This document shows, piece by piece, positions 1 to 12,339 of a stretch of DNA of 64,000 nt (positions within the stretch are counted from its first letter, which is position 1; every line of letters starts with the position of its first letter). This DNA comes from Eledone cirrhosa (Eukaryota). A program made the translations under genes and the position numbers. The notes beneath the pieces are model-generated. The model saw nothing but the letters and a program-made list of their open reading frames with translations, made no database searches and was not told where the DNA came from. Where the stretch lies: positions 61,256,001-61,320,000 of the forward strand of contig OZ024743.1 in assembly GCA_964016885.1 (NCBI GenBank), given 5' to 3'.

Positions 1-190
1 ACTGTATGGACTGTACCTGTAATTGAAAGGGTCTGCCATGACACACTGTGTCACGCTGAATCTCCCTGAGAACTAGGTTAAGGGTACAAGTTTCTATGCA
101 ATGCTCACTCACATGTTAATTGTATAAGCAGGCTGTTCCGTTGATCGAACAACGGGAATATCCCCCCTCGTAACGGACAGAAGCGCAACA
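1..190 (+). mobile_element. 3' part of a SINE (second, CORE-like SINE family)
   Basis: Shares motifs (cacgctgaatctccctgagaa...gggtaca...caggctgttccgttgatc) with the longer tRNA-headed copy at 23944-24240. Confidence 0.6.
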
Positions 191-493
191 CACATAATTG
201 TTGTGGTAATGTTTATTGTTGTTGTTGTTATAGTCCACCCCGTTTCCAGCCATGACCTTCCCATTTTTTTTTTCAGTTATAGTTTCCCTAGATTATATTA
301 GTCAATGACTTTTCTTTTTAAAGCAGCAATATATGATATGATGTAGATTTGTCTGCTATTTCTTGCAAGGGGAGTGACCGCATAAAGCTTCGGCGTTGGT
401 AATTCACTCAGTTGTAGGGCCTCCGTCGATTTTTACGAGGAGTGTTCAAGTTGTTCGACCAACGGATCAGCTAGCTTGGAAAATTAACGAATG

Positions 494-625
494 GCAAGGG
501 CCGTTCTGAGTTCAAATCCCGCCGAGGTTAACTTTGCCTTTCATCCTTACGGGGTCGATAAAATAAAGTACCAGTAATGTACTCGGTAATTGCTGGCCTT
601 GTGCCAAAAGTAGAAATAATTATAT
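494..625 (+). mobile_element. tRNA-derived SINE (Meta-domain-like family), 5'-truncated
   Basis: B box GAGTTCAAATCC, core gaggttaactttgcctttcatccttacggggtcgataaaataaagtaccag, tail ggccttgtgccaaaagtagaaa; about 20 copies in the window. Confidence 0.9.
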
Positions 626-779
626 ATATATATAAGTTATTCCGGGTTGTCACTCTAAATATAAATTATAGCTTTAAAGGATTAGCTTTTAAAGAATTTC
701 CTTCTCTTTCAACCAACGACCTCCACCCTCTCCTACCACCAGAAAAGATATAAATACCACCATTTTTACTTGGACAGTT

Positions 780-830
780 AGCTTCCTGGTGATTTCTCAC
801 GAATGAAACAGTTCTAGTCCTGTAGAAGCT
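780..830 (+). ncRNA. Type I hammerhead ribozyme motif, degenerate (family D)
   Basis: agcttc-CTGGTGA-tttctcacgaat-GAAA-cag ttctagtc ctg-TA-gaagct. 6-bp stem I and a stem III; the core has CUGGUGA instead of CUGAUGA. Confidence 0.7.
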
Positions 831-1199
831 CTTCTATACTAAAACTATATATATAATATATATATATGTATATATATATATATGTGTGGGTGTGTATGTA
901 TATATATATATATGTGTGTGTGTGTGAGTGTGGTGTGTGAGTGTGGTGTGTGTTTGTGTGAGCGTGCGTAAACTATTTAATATTACGTGTGTATCTCCTC
1001 GGCACAACCTTAAATATTTACATACATCCGTATGTTTGTACATCTACATTTTGTCTTGTGTTTGCTTTTTAATGAAATAACATTTGTTGCCCGACAAATT
1101 GTTTCACGGAGTTTTGTGACATTACCTAGATGACAATTCAGCAATTAACGTTCTTTGTGTAGAAAATGTCACGTCGATAAGTATCTCATCATTATATAG

Positions 1200-1475
1200 T
1201 TACGGGGTCGATAAAATAAAGTACCAGTAATGCACTGGGTAATTGCTGGCCTTGTGCCTAAAGTAGAAACAATTATATATTTAAAAGCGGTGGATTGGCA
1301 GTATCGGTAGAGCGTCAGATACCATGTTTGCAGCACAGAGTTATGGCCCTTTATGTTCTGAGTTCAAATCTCGCCGAGGTTAACTTTGCCTTTCATCCTT
1401 ACGGGGTCGATAAAATAAAGCACCAGTAATGCACTGGGGTAATTGCTGGCCTTGTGCCAAAAGTAGAAACATTTA
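1200..1475 (+). mobile_element. SINE tandem (3' half plus a full copy)
   Basis: A box TGGCAGTATCGG, B box GAGTTCAAATC, same core and tail as the other copies. Confidence 0.9.
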
Positions 1476-1891
1476 TGTAATTTTAAAAACAGTGGCAAAG
1501 TGTTTTATTCATATATACTGTATAATATAAATGACAATGCAGAAACGAATATGAAAGAGAATGAAAAGCAAAAAGAAAGCATTGAAAGAGGTGAGGAGTG
1601 ACAGACTCTACACCCCTGTTTGAGCAGTTAGCCAAGATATTGCCGCGGAGAATGGCAAGAGACACCCTATCTCAGAGAAGGAAGGAAGCTGGGATGGAAT
1701 AAATAATGGGAAAGAGAATTAAATAGCAAGTGATAGAGAGCGAGGGCGGTTCTTATGTCAACAGCAGGGCATTTCAGGAAAAGAAAGATAATGAGAAAAG
1801 GGGCAGATATATTGAGAATTATATTGAAATAAAGAGAATGAGCTAGTAATAAATGAAAGCGAATGAGGGAAAGGAACGGAGGCAAACACAC

Positions 1892-3223
1892 ATGTTGTTC
1901 AAGGATTAATGCTGGTTTTCATATTTTTGTTTGTTCAACATTTTTACATATCTCACGTAAGGTATGTAAAATTGTGTACCTTTTCAAAAGTTATTCAATG
2001 TTATCTCTGCTATCTAATTCATTGTTAATATAAATGATATTTTAAAATTTTCCGACCTTTGAAGTCAAGATGTCAAAAGAGGATTTTCGCCAGATTTATT
2101 TCTATGAGTTTAAACTCAGCCGCACTACAACACAGACGGTTAGAAACATCAATGAAGTTTGGTGCCAAGAACGTGTTAACAAATGCACAATAGAATGTTG
2201 GTTTCAAAATTATGTCTTGGGAAATTAAATCTTGAAGATAAGAAATGTCGCTGGCATTATTCTGCTACGGGAAATACTGAATTTAATGCATTGATGGAAG
2301 GAAATGGTCGCACAACTGTTTAAGAGCTTGCAGGAAAAATAGGTGAAAACATTGGAACAATTTCTGAACATTTGACTCGAAGTAGAAAGTCGAAGAATCT
2401 TGTAAAATGGGTGCCACACGAATTGAATGAAAACAAGGAAATTGCTGTTATGAAGTCTTCTCTTTGCAACAAATACGACCCTTTTCTTGATCGCAATGAA
2501 ACGTACATTCTATACAACAACCGACAATGTTCTGTACGGTGGTTGGCTCGTGATGAGGTTCCTAAACACATCCCATAGCCGAGGTTGCACCAAAAGGTTA
2601 TGGTGACTGTTTGGAGGTCGGCAGCCCGGTTAATCCATTACAGTTTCTGAATTCTGGCGAAACAATCACAGGAGAAAATCATCAGACGAGCTTTGATCCA
2701 ATCATCTTGTACAACAACGCTCGACCACACATCGCACAACCAATGCTCCAGAAGAATGAATCGGACTACAAAACTCGGTCTCATCTAGAATACTCACTCG
2801 ATCCTTCATCAAAAGATCACCACATTTTCAAACATTTCAACAATTTCTTGCATGGCTATATTTTCAACGATTAAACAACCTCAAAATTGCTTTCAAATAA
2901 TTGTTTCTACTTTTAGCACAAGGCCAACAATTATCCAGTACATTACTGGTACTTTATTTTATCGAACCTGTAAGGATGAAAGGCAAAGTTAACCTCGGCG
3001 GGATTTGAACTCAGACTGTAAAGGGACGTAACTATGCTAGGGACGTAACTTGCTTTCAAATAATGCTTTTCCATCAAGACTTTAGAATTTTATGTTATAT
3101 CTTGTTGGCAAAAATGTGTAAAATCTAATAGTTTTTAGTTTCTGCCAACAAAATTTAATATGGTGCAAGATTTGTCGCTTTAATGTTTATGTTTAAAAAT
3201 CTGCATTAATTTTTTAGCAACAT
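1892..3223 (+). mobile_element. Mariner (Hsmar1/cecropia-like) DNA transposon, degenerate
   Basis: Imperfect ~28-bp TIRs (atgttgttcaaggattaatgctggtttt / aaaatctgcattaattttttagcaacat). Broken transposase from ATG 2070 (MSKEDFRQIYFYEFKL) with WVPHEL, NARPH and YSLDPSSKDHHIF (YSPDLAP-like). Confidence 0.9.
2898..3049 (-). mobile_element. SINE inserted into the mariner, with 15-bp TSD
   Basis: Reverse-complement SINE flanked by ttgctttcaaataat at 2887-2901 and 3050-3064. Confidence 0.9.
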
Positions 3224-3945
3224 TTTACATGCTATATATTTTCTAGTAGACTCGTACCGTAAGTAATGACGGCAAATCGTTGAACATATTTCATTTTTCT
3301 AGTCCAGGATTGGTATGTATTATTTACTAGGATTACCGAATATATGAATATATCAATCATACAAACTGGGGAAAATGAGCTTTGATGACTTAATGGTTTA
3401 CATAACGGAAACCCTATAGATTATGTTGATTGTTGACATGTAGAAGGGATTAAAGATAGAAATGAAATTTTGATAATTTATTTCTCGGCTATAATTATAC
3501 AAATGTTCAGCATATATGTATAAAATCAGTTTTAATGTATGTGTAACTTTGGAGATATAACTATTTCCAAAGAGATATATAGGGTTAGAACCAAGGATCT
3601 TGTGATTGGAAAGCGAAATTCTTAATGCAGCAACATAACTGAAATAGGAAATTCATTGTGTGTGGACATGTGTGTTTAAATTGTAAAGAATTACAGTTGG
3701 AAATATATATAAATATACAAACACATATGGCGTATTATTATAGTGGTTAATAATAAATACAAAGATTTTTCTGTATTTTGAAAATGATATTTAACTGGAA
3801 CATTTTAAAATATTCATATCTACGTCCACATATTGAACAATATATCAAATTCTGAAAATCCTGAAAAGAGTGAAAGCATAGTTATTCTGCTTAAACTATT
3901 AATCTGTTCAAATAATGCATATTGCACACACACACACACGCACAC

Positions 3946-3992
<47 letters not shown>

Positions 3993-4491
3993 CATACACG
4001 TCATATGTGTGTGTTTATATATATCATTCTTCCCCTGTCTATCTATCTCTCCCCCTCTATCTTCAGCAGTCCAGTCTGTTTCTGTGTTCGGTTTCTTCCG
4101 CTTTTATTACTATTTCTTTTATTTCTCACCATTAGAGTGAATGACTTTCATTGGAATTGAGACAACATTAACTAGCTAATTATTTATATACCTCTCTCTG
4201 TATGTGTGTGGTGCGCATTTGTGTATGCAGGTGATATTGCCAATATAAATCTGTATGTTTTAAGTTATGTATGCACGCAAATATGTTTCTAATACTATAC
4301 GTGAGTATATGCAGCTATTACATGTTAAACTATTGAAATGACATACTAATATTTAGAGTTACATTAATAGACTGTATTTGTAACTCTCTAATTCACCGAG
4401 CTTGTTCTTGTTCTATGAAGATCAGCTTTACAAGATTTGTGCTGTGGCAGTTAGTAACATGCTAAAGTATCCCAATGATCATAGGTACAAG

Positions 4492-4890
4492 CCAGCAGGC
4501 CTCGACTGCGTAGACTGCAAGCGCTCCAACAGAATTACACACTTCCCATTCGAAAGAGGTCAATCCCGCATCTGAGACTTCAAATTCTGTGACAAGTTCT
4601 CCGCCACCAACTTAGTCCCTTCGGCCAGAAACCCCGGTACTGCAGACCGCAATACAGAGGACAGGAAGACAAGCAAATACCAGGGCGTGACCGGCCGCTT
4701 CCTCTTCGCACCGGCCGCCGTCGAGACCTCAGGTGTCCCCGGACATCGTACTGTCGGACTTCTCCGTAAAATCGTATAGTCAGCAGCCCGTCTAAGGAAG
4801 GAGCTCCGCGAGGTGGGGTGGCTGTTGCAGCTGGTGTTTCTGGACATTGTGTGCGGAAATGCCTTTGCAGTTTTGCCCGTGGGGCGCTGA
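4492..4890 (+). pseudogene. CRE-clade non-LTR retrotransposon 3' fragment (restriction-like endonuclease domain)
   Basis: Frame from 4492 reads PAGLDCVDCKRSNRITHFPFERGQSRI*DF..EDRKTSKY..FAPAAVETSGVPG..REVGWLLQ..IVCGNAFAVL*. This resembles the RPDG..PW..G..WD / KY / P.AVET.G / RGNA motifs of CRE-type REL domains; two in-frame stops. Confidence 0.7.
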
Positions 4891-5199
4891 CAAAACACCG
4901 CTCCATTCTAGGCATAGAGATCATCATCCTCTCCACTTCCCCACTCCCTTTCTTACGTGGCCTCACAGTCCCTCCTTTTCTTCTCATTTATGACATTTAT
5001 AGCCCTTTCTCCTACTTTCCTATACAGTAAGAACTGCCCTTCTTTACCTCTTCCCCTCTCTATTCGTTGATTGGTTTTGTTTCTTTCATATTTCAATCAA
5101 TATTTCTAATGTTATTTATACGACTGTAATTTATTGTCTGTAATTTTATTGTATAACATGGAATAGAAAAAGTTGTTTAGTTCCATTCTAAGAGTATAG

Positions 5200-6120
5200 T
5201 TAGGGTGGAATATTTGCAGTTTCCTCATTAAGTGTTCTCCTATTCACTAATTTCTATTACTGTGCATACCTTCTGTGTACCATTATGCCTGGTTGGCTTT
5301 GTCAATATTTTACAAGACTTTTGACTAGAACATTCCACCATTACTTTTTCATATTATATGCGAATATGCCATCCACATCGCTGTAACATTTTATATTTTC
5401 ATCTCCAGTACTAACCTTTCTACGGATTACATTATATAATATTTTGGCCACTATATCATGCTTTATAGGTAGATGGTACTCTGATGACATCTTCGTAGAT
5501 GCTTATGTTGTGAATGACATTCTCGATATTTATTCTACAGTCTGCATTCAATCTTGTTTGTGAAACACAACCCTATTTCTGAATTGCAAAAGCTTATCCA
5601 TCAAAGTGAGACCTCATATGCCCTTTGTTAGATCAAGACTATTTTAATTATTTATGTTACTTTCACACTGAAACTTTTTGACACCATTGCCATGCATGAC
5701 TTTCTGCTAATAAGCTTACAACATTTTACCCGCTTATTCTTCGTGGTAGAGATATGCAACATCCCCGTGTGTATGATTTTGGTAATCATTGAGGATAACT
5801 TCTCGAAAAGCCCTTATCAACACTCATGATGTTATCTGTCTCATGTAGACAGACTATGGACGGGCTTCTACGCTTAGTGGTTAGTAGATGTTGAAAAGAT
5901 ATGAAGCGACATTCAAAGGATGTTTGTATCGACGTTAAGCTTCTGCCTACCAGTTTATGTTTTTGGTAGCGGAAGTCTATGTCACTGTTGATGTGGAAAT
6001 TTCCAGAGCCGGTTATAATTTTTCGGATTTTAGCCTCAATGACTCCGATCTCATCAAGCCTCCAGTCAAATAGTCCTAATGTTGGTATTAATACGAGTAA
6101 CGCAGTTACGTTGTGGGTCA
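5200..6120 (-). pseudogene. R4/Dong-clade LINE remnant, old
   Basis: Minus-strand peptide GNFHINSDIDFRYQKHKLVGRSL is a degenerate form of H.K.D.DRLY..R..GGRGL seen in the younger copies; an HD.VAK motif lies downstream. Confidence 0.65.
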
Positions 6121-6174
6121 CTCATTTATTGTACGAAGAGTTCCATAGACAATATTGGATATGTATGTATGTAT

Positions 6175-6810
6175 ATATGTCAGGTCACCAGTTGGTGCTA
6201 CTGGTATCATGTATCCCAGTACAACCTGTCTCATGGTCGGGTCTTTGGCGACTAAACTGGCAACCCCACCAATGTTTCTTGGTGAGGAGGGTGACTTTGG
6301 ACATCCTGCAAGACTAAAAACAAAACCTGTCAAAGGGCAAAGGAGCTCTTAAGAGTGAATGGCCATCCAAAATCACCGGGAGAGATGACCCCTTAGCCTT
6401 TGTCAAGGCAGAATTCTAGGAGAAGGAAAACTCTGATATAACACCTGCAACCCTTATGGTATCCAATGATGTTGACTTGTTCTTCTTTTTGGTAAATATC
6501 ATCTTGGTTAAGAGAGTGGGACTGGCTTTGTGCAGTGCCTTTGCTCACTATAAAAGCTTCACGGCACAGGCATTGCTTTATATCTGGAGATCTCTCTGCA
6601 CTTGTTGTTACATGGTGCCATGGGCCCAGCACTATGTGTCAGTAATTGTCACAAGTGTAGTGTTTGTACCAGAGTTTTCAAGTCGTTGGCTGGACTAAAA
6701 AGTCACTCGTTCAGCACATCGGTAGGGGTTCTCCTACATGGATATAAAGTAGTGGTCGTACTCGAAAATGAGTTGGCAGCCACCATGTACACATGCAATG
6801 TCGGTGTGGT
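6175..6810 (+). mobile_element. RTE-derived non-autonomous element (5' UTR fused to 3' end)
   Basis: Paralogous to 8175-8805. 3' part encodes CSVCTRVFKSLAGLKSH (RTE-type terminal zinc finger) and ends ctcgaaaatgagttggcagccaccatgta. Confidence 0.6.
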
Positions 6811-6852
6811 GGTATATCAGTCGATGCAATTTTGAGAGATACATATATATAT

Positions 6853-7140
6853 AATAATTGTTTCTACTTTTCTCACAAGGCCTGCAATTAACCAGTGTAT
6901 TACTGGTACTTTATTTTATCGACTCCGTAAGGATGAAAAGCAAAGTTAACCTCGGCGGGATTTGAACTCAGATTGGAAAGGGCCGTAACTCTATGCGTCA
7001 AAGCATGGCGTCCGACCCTCTACCGATATTGCCTAAATGGTTTCTGATTTAGGCACAAAACCAGCATTTTGGGGGGAAAGGGAAAGTCGATTAAATCGAC
7101 CTCAGTGCATTACCTGTACTTTCTTTTATCAACCGCGTAA
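6853..7140 (-). mobile_element. Two SINE copies in tandem
   Basis: Reverse complement of the SINE core and tail occurs twice. Confidence 0.85.
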
Positions 7141-7142
7141 AT

Positions 7143-7440
7143 GTTATTGTAATCCTGAATGAGTTTGACACCTCTTTCTGTAACATCATTCACAACAACT
7201 GTCTTCTCAATTTTTCAAGTCCACTTTTGTAAGTAGGATCATCCTAACATGTTGAAGGGTCTTTGACAAGGTAATTGATACTGATAGAAAATCTCGTGAA
7301 GATAGTTTTTGTACCAGGAGTTACAAAAGACGAAAACTCGATGTTTGTAAAGGGAGAAAAGTCAGTTGATTTTTTCTTCTTCCTCTCTTCACCATTGTCT
7401 GCTTCCAGCATAACTTGAACAATATTTGCCTTAACCACTC
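7143..7440 (-). pseudogene. DNA-transposase C-terminal fragment (hAT-related)
   Basis: Minus strand gives FVTPGTKTIFTRF..LVKDP and, after a frameshift, VVVNDVTERGVKLIQDYN (VVND.AERGVKL-type motif). Confidence 0.5.
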
Positions 7441-8075
7441 CTTGTTCTCCTTGCTCTCCTTTTATTCTTGCTCTCCTTGCTCTCCTTTTCTCGGTGCTCT
7501 CTTTGCTCTCCTTTTCTCGGTGCTCTCCTTGCTCGCCTTGTTCTCCTTTTCTTATTGCTCTCCTTACTTTCCTTTTATTCTTGCTCTCCTTTTCTCATTG
7601 CTCCCCTTGCCTCATGGCTCTCCTTGCTCTCCTTTTCTCATTGTCTGCTTCCAGCATAACTTGAACAATATTTGCCTTAACCACTCCTTGTTCTCTTCGC
7701 TCTCCTTTTATCCTTGCTCTCCTTTCATCCTTGCTCTCCTTTCATCCTTGCTCTCCTTTCATCATTGCTCTCCTTTCATCCTTGCTCTCCTTTTCTTATG
7801 CCTCTCCTTGCTTTCCCTTTATCCTTGCTCTCCTTTTCTCATTGCTCTCCTTGCCTCATTGCTCTCCTTTCTCTCCTTTTATCCTTGCTCTCCTTGCTCT
7901 CCTTGCTCTCCTTTTCTCCTTCCTCTCATTTTCTCATTGCTCTCCCTTTCTGCTTACTCTCCTTGCTCTCATTTTCTCCTTGCTCTCCTTTTCTCATTGC
8001 TCTAAATGCTCTCCTTTTCTCCTTGATCTCCTTTTCTCCTTGCTCTCCTTTTCTCTTTGCTCTCTCTTTCTCCTT
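7393..8075. repeat. Pyrimidine-rich minisatellite based on (CTCCTTGCT)n
   Basis: Repeated ccttgctct/ccttttct units; a ~57-bp unique segment is duplicated at 7393 and 7639. Confidence 0.9.
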
Positions 8076-8174
8076 ATATCTATGTACTTGTATATATACA
8101 AATACAATGAGAAAGGAGGAGCGAGGAGAAATATGAAAATGAGGATAATAAGGAGAGTATATATATACATATCA

Positions 8175-8805
8175 TACAACCTGTCGCATGGTCAGGTCGT
8201 CGGCGACTAAACCGGCAACCCCACCAAGTTTACTTGGTGAGGATGGTGATTTTGGACACTCTGCAGGACAAAAAACAAAAACTTGAGAAGGGCGGAAGAA
8301 CTCATAACAGTCAACGGCCATCCAAAAATGTGTAAATATGTATATACACATGTATATGTGTATGTATATGTATACATCTATATGCATGTGTATGTATATG
8401 CTCGGGGACTTAGAAATAGTCAGGCTGGATTCCCGATCGCGCGGTTAAATCACTGGGCATTCTTCTAGGGGAAGGCAACTCAGGAAACTGGGATAACTCC
8501 GACAGAAAACTCACGGCTCAGTAGTTACCAATGATGTTGATCTTTTATCTTTTTCGGGTTACTGTCGCTAAGAGAGTGGGATTGGCTCAGTGCACAGTCT
8601 TTCCTCACTTTAAAAATATCTTCATGCACAAGCATTGCACGATAGAATGAATTAATAATTATTAATAATGGTATTTCGTGCAATGGCCAAACTCGAAAAC
8701 GAGGGGGCAGCCATCATGTATGTATGTATGCATGTATGTATGTATGTATGTATGTATGTATGTATGTATGTATGTATGTATGTATGTATGTATGTATGTA
8801 TGTAT
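8175..8805 (+). mobile_element. RTE-derived non-autonomous element with (TATG)n tail
   Basis: Homologous to 6175-6810; ends ctcgaaaacgagggggcagccatc(atgt)n. Confidence 0.6.
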
Positions 8806-11298
8806 AGTCGCGTACATTGCGTCCGTCATCTACTACCGTCTGACCGTCGACCCTTGCCCCCGTTAGCGCCTCGCCATCTTGGAGTGACTCTTCTTCAAAT
8901 TCTTGTGGAAGGGTCAGGTTCCGCTGGTGAGGCGGTCCATCTGCTGCCAGCACCCTCTACGTGGAGGGCTGGGCATGCCGTGGCTAATGATGCGCAGGCA
9001 CGCGCTGAGGCTGCGACATCTCCAGATATTCTGCCTAAACGGTGAACAGGTGTGGTCACCGTTTGTCAGACAGGCCTTTCCGCAGCTCGTTTCTTTGACT
9101 GAGCTGCCGTCCTGGGTCAAGAAGAGACCGAGACTGGGTGACTGGCATCTGGAATGTTGTCAGGCACTCACTGCCCTCTACCAGGCGGGCAATGCGGTCA
9201 GTGGAACTTCCACTCTCGAGTTCTATAGATGATTAGTGGTGGGCAAGTGCGACGACGCACTAAGAGAGGCTCTGGGATTCAACGAAGTCGAACCAACCAG
9301 TCTGTACTGGAGGACTTTCGAGCCGGGGACGATGGAGAATTTCCAAAAATCCCTCGCTTGGCAGTGCTACCGGTGGGCACTGCCGGTTCGAGATAAACTC
9401 TACAGGTACTAGATGTGCGCAGAGCGACGAAACTGTTCTGCACGCACTCGTCCAGTGTCCGTGCATTACTGACTTGTGGAGTTATGTTTAACAGCTGTTG
9501 TCGCGTGTAGAACGGATCCGGCTATCGGCCGAGTCCATAGTGAAGATCGACCCGCCGCCTTCTTTTGGCCAGGATGGGCAGGCAATTTTCCTCTGTCTGG
9601 TGGCAGTAGCGAAAGAGGTTGTATTGTGGACGAGGTTGAAAGGAGGGAAGACAGACACTTTTCTCTTCGGCCATCCCTCATCAACTTTTTCAAGTTTCAC
9701 TTGGAAAGGAAGGTGAGGCTGGAGAGAGACGTGCTGCCCCCCAGTACATTTGCTGAAAGGTGGGTGAATGTGGCGAGAATGGCCCGTGTGAGTGGGCCTA
9801 CTCTGGTCATGCGGCTGTAGGTAGGTAAATTTGAGGAGGAGAGGGGGTGCCCTGTGAAGGGGAAAGAATAATATTTGGGCCTTTTGGCCCAAATATTTGA
9901 ACTCTTTTACATTTAAAAAAAAAATATTTAAAAAAAAACATAAAAACATGGCTGAGTCACGCTCCCCAGCGACATGTCTGAAGTCGTGCGACAACGTCGT
10001 AAAAGTTGAGAGGAGCGCTACGGCGAAATTAACAGAAATTGATACAACAAACACCACCACAAACAATGTGAACAAAGACAGCAATGATAACAACACTGAG
10101 AACTCTAATGTTGATAAGATGACAGTAACAGCGGCAACGAAAATACAACAATATCAACACCACTAACATGAAAACAAATAGCGACAACAACAACACCAAT
10201 AAGAACAACGACAACAACAACAGCACCCTCAATGACAAGGAGAAGAACATTTTCGCTGCGGCAGCAGCAAAAAAAGAGGCCATGCTTCAACATGGACCTC
10301 TCAAACAAAGATGAAAAGTTGGCCCAGGCTTGGAAGCTCATCATGCAGGAGCAAACCTGGGCCAACTTAACTGTCCCGGTAGAAGCTATTGAGGCAGTGG
10401 AGCGCAGAACGGTGCATTATAGATGCATCTCAGCACAAATAAAAGGGCAGCTTTAATTCCACAAGGAGATGTCGAAGTCGCGCTGAGGTGCATCAGAGAT
10501 GACACCGAATACATAGCGAGGGGCAGACAGTACGGCACCATTTCGGTGCTGTTCAAGTCAGAAGCCTTCTCAATGAAACACGCTATGACTCCTTGCAAAA
10601 CCAGCAAGGTCATAATGTACCCCTCCCACATGGGAAAAAGAACGGCCCGTCTCCGCATTCCCAGAATCCCACCAGGACTTGACATGTGGTGGCTTCTGGG
10701 ATGTGTGATTGTGGAGGGGACGGATACCGTCCCGATAGAAGTAACAAGAACGGCCAGAGAGGACTGGTCCGGGGTTGACCTGGATTTCCCATCGGCCGAG
10801 TCCATAGTGAAGATGGACGCGCCGCCTTCTTTTGGCCAGGAAGGCAGGCAATTTTCCTCTGTCTGGTGGCAGTAGCGAAAGAGGTTGTATGGTGGACGAG
10901 GTTGAAAAGACTGAAGACACTTTTCTCTTCGGCCAATCTCACATCAACTTTTTCAAATTTCACTTGGAAAGGAAGGTGGGGATGGAAAGAGAAATGCTGC
11001 CCCAGTACATTTGCTGAAAGGTGGGTGAATGTGGCGAAAATGGCCCATATGAGTGGGCCTGCTCTGATCATGCGCCTGTAAGCTGGAGAATTTGAAGAGG
11101 AGAGGGGTGCCATTCCCAGTTGCCCTCGAGGCATCGGGTGGTTCAGGATTGGTGTGGTACCTAAATCAAACGTATCAATTCCTATTTCTTACTCGATTTT
11201 TGTGTAAAACCCCACTGTCCCCGTCCATGGTATTGTCCCCTATATGTCCGCCGTTGTGGCCAATAAATGAAACCACAATTATTATTATCATTATTATT
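8806..11298 (+). mobile_element. Rearranged Tx1/L1-clade LINE dimer (ORF2 3' end / ORF1 5' part / ORF2 3' end plus tail)
   Basis: 8806-9853 matches 57850-58902, 9848-10784 matches 53340-54374, and 10791-11298 matches 58571-59147; ends in (ATT)n. Confidence 0.9.
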
Positions 11299-11725
11299 AG
11301 GGCGGAGGAATGGCAGTATCTGTAGAGCGTCGGACGCCATGCTTTGCAGCATAGCGTTACGGCCCTTTATGATCTGAGTTCAAATCCCCCCGGGGTTAAC
11401 TTTGCCTTTCATCCTTACGGTGTCGATAAAATAAAGTACCAGTCACGCACTGGAGTCGATTTAATCGACTTTCCCCTCCCCCAAAATTACTGGCCTTGTG
11501 CCTATACTAGAAATCATTATATATATAGGCGGTGGATTGGCAGTATCGGTAGAGGGTCGGACGCCATACTTTGCAGCATAGAGTTACGTCCCTTTATGAT
11601 CTGAGTTCAAATCCCGTCGAGGTTAACTTTGCCTTCATCCTTACGGTACGCCGTCGATAAAATAAAGTACCAGTATACACTGGGATAATTACTGGCCTTG
11701 TGCCAAAAGTAGACACAATTATAAT
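11299..11725 (+). mobile_element. Two SINEs in tandem directly after the LINE tail
   Basis: A and B boxes, core and tail occur twice. Confidence 0.9.
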
Positions 11726-11730
11726 ATATA

Positions 11731-11944
11731 CTAGCAGAAAACCACCCGAAGGGTGGTTTCTGCTAGCAAGTGAATCTTTAAATAAGTAATAACATATATT
11801 TAATGAACAGCCACGAAATTTAATAGATAAATTATGTAATATTCATTCATTATTTATTCAAAGTAATCCAACTTATTTTACTAAGGTGATAGAAAATTAT
11901 AAACCGTACGCAGTCCCGCACTTCTTACTTTATTATAGTTTAGA
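11731..11944 (-). mobile_element. Non-autonomous mini-Helitron
   Basis: Minus strand A|TCTAAACTATAATAAAG... with terminal hairpin gaaaccacc-cttcg-ggtggtttt, ending CTAG|T; no TSD. Confidence 0.75.
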
Positions 11945-12339
11945 TACACACACACACGTGTGTGTGTGTGTGTGTGTGCGTATTGAAAACAAAGCGATGT
12001 TTCACATTAAGTTATTTATAGGTAGGTAGGTAGGTAGGTATTAACGAAGGTAGTACATAGTTTAGTGATTCGGCTGTTCAGCCTATAGCTACGGAATATG
12101 TCCAAGTGGACTGTGTAAAATATATTGGTAGATTTGATCAATTGCCAATTAACTCCAGCAATTAATTAATTACTAATGTTGTTCGGTTTTAATTAGAGTT
12201 TTATAGATAGAAAGGGAAATCCCTAGTAGGACCAGTCAGTAGCTGAATCTGGTTCATGGACTTACGTCGTTTGCAGCGATGAATGTTCCAATTGTTTGAC
12301 AAACAGAACAGTTTGCTCGTGAAATTAACGCAGGTGAAG

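Noticed and set aside
1286-1380. tRNA gene
   Set aside because: The A and B boxes belong to a SINE head; there is no complete cloverleaf.
3243-3275. Minus-strand Helitron 3' end
   Set aside because: A hairpin and CTAG are present, but the flank is not the expected T and no 5' end was found.
7415-8210. Leu/Ser/Pro-rich membrane-protein-like ORFs
   Set aside because: Pyrimidine minisatellite that is open in several frames.
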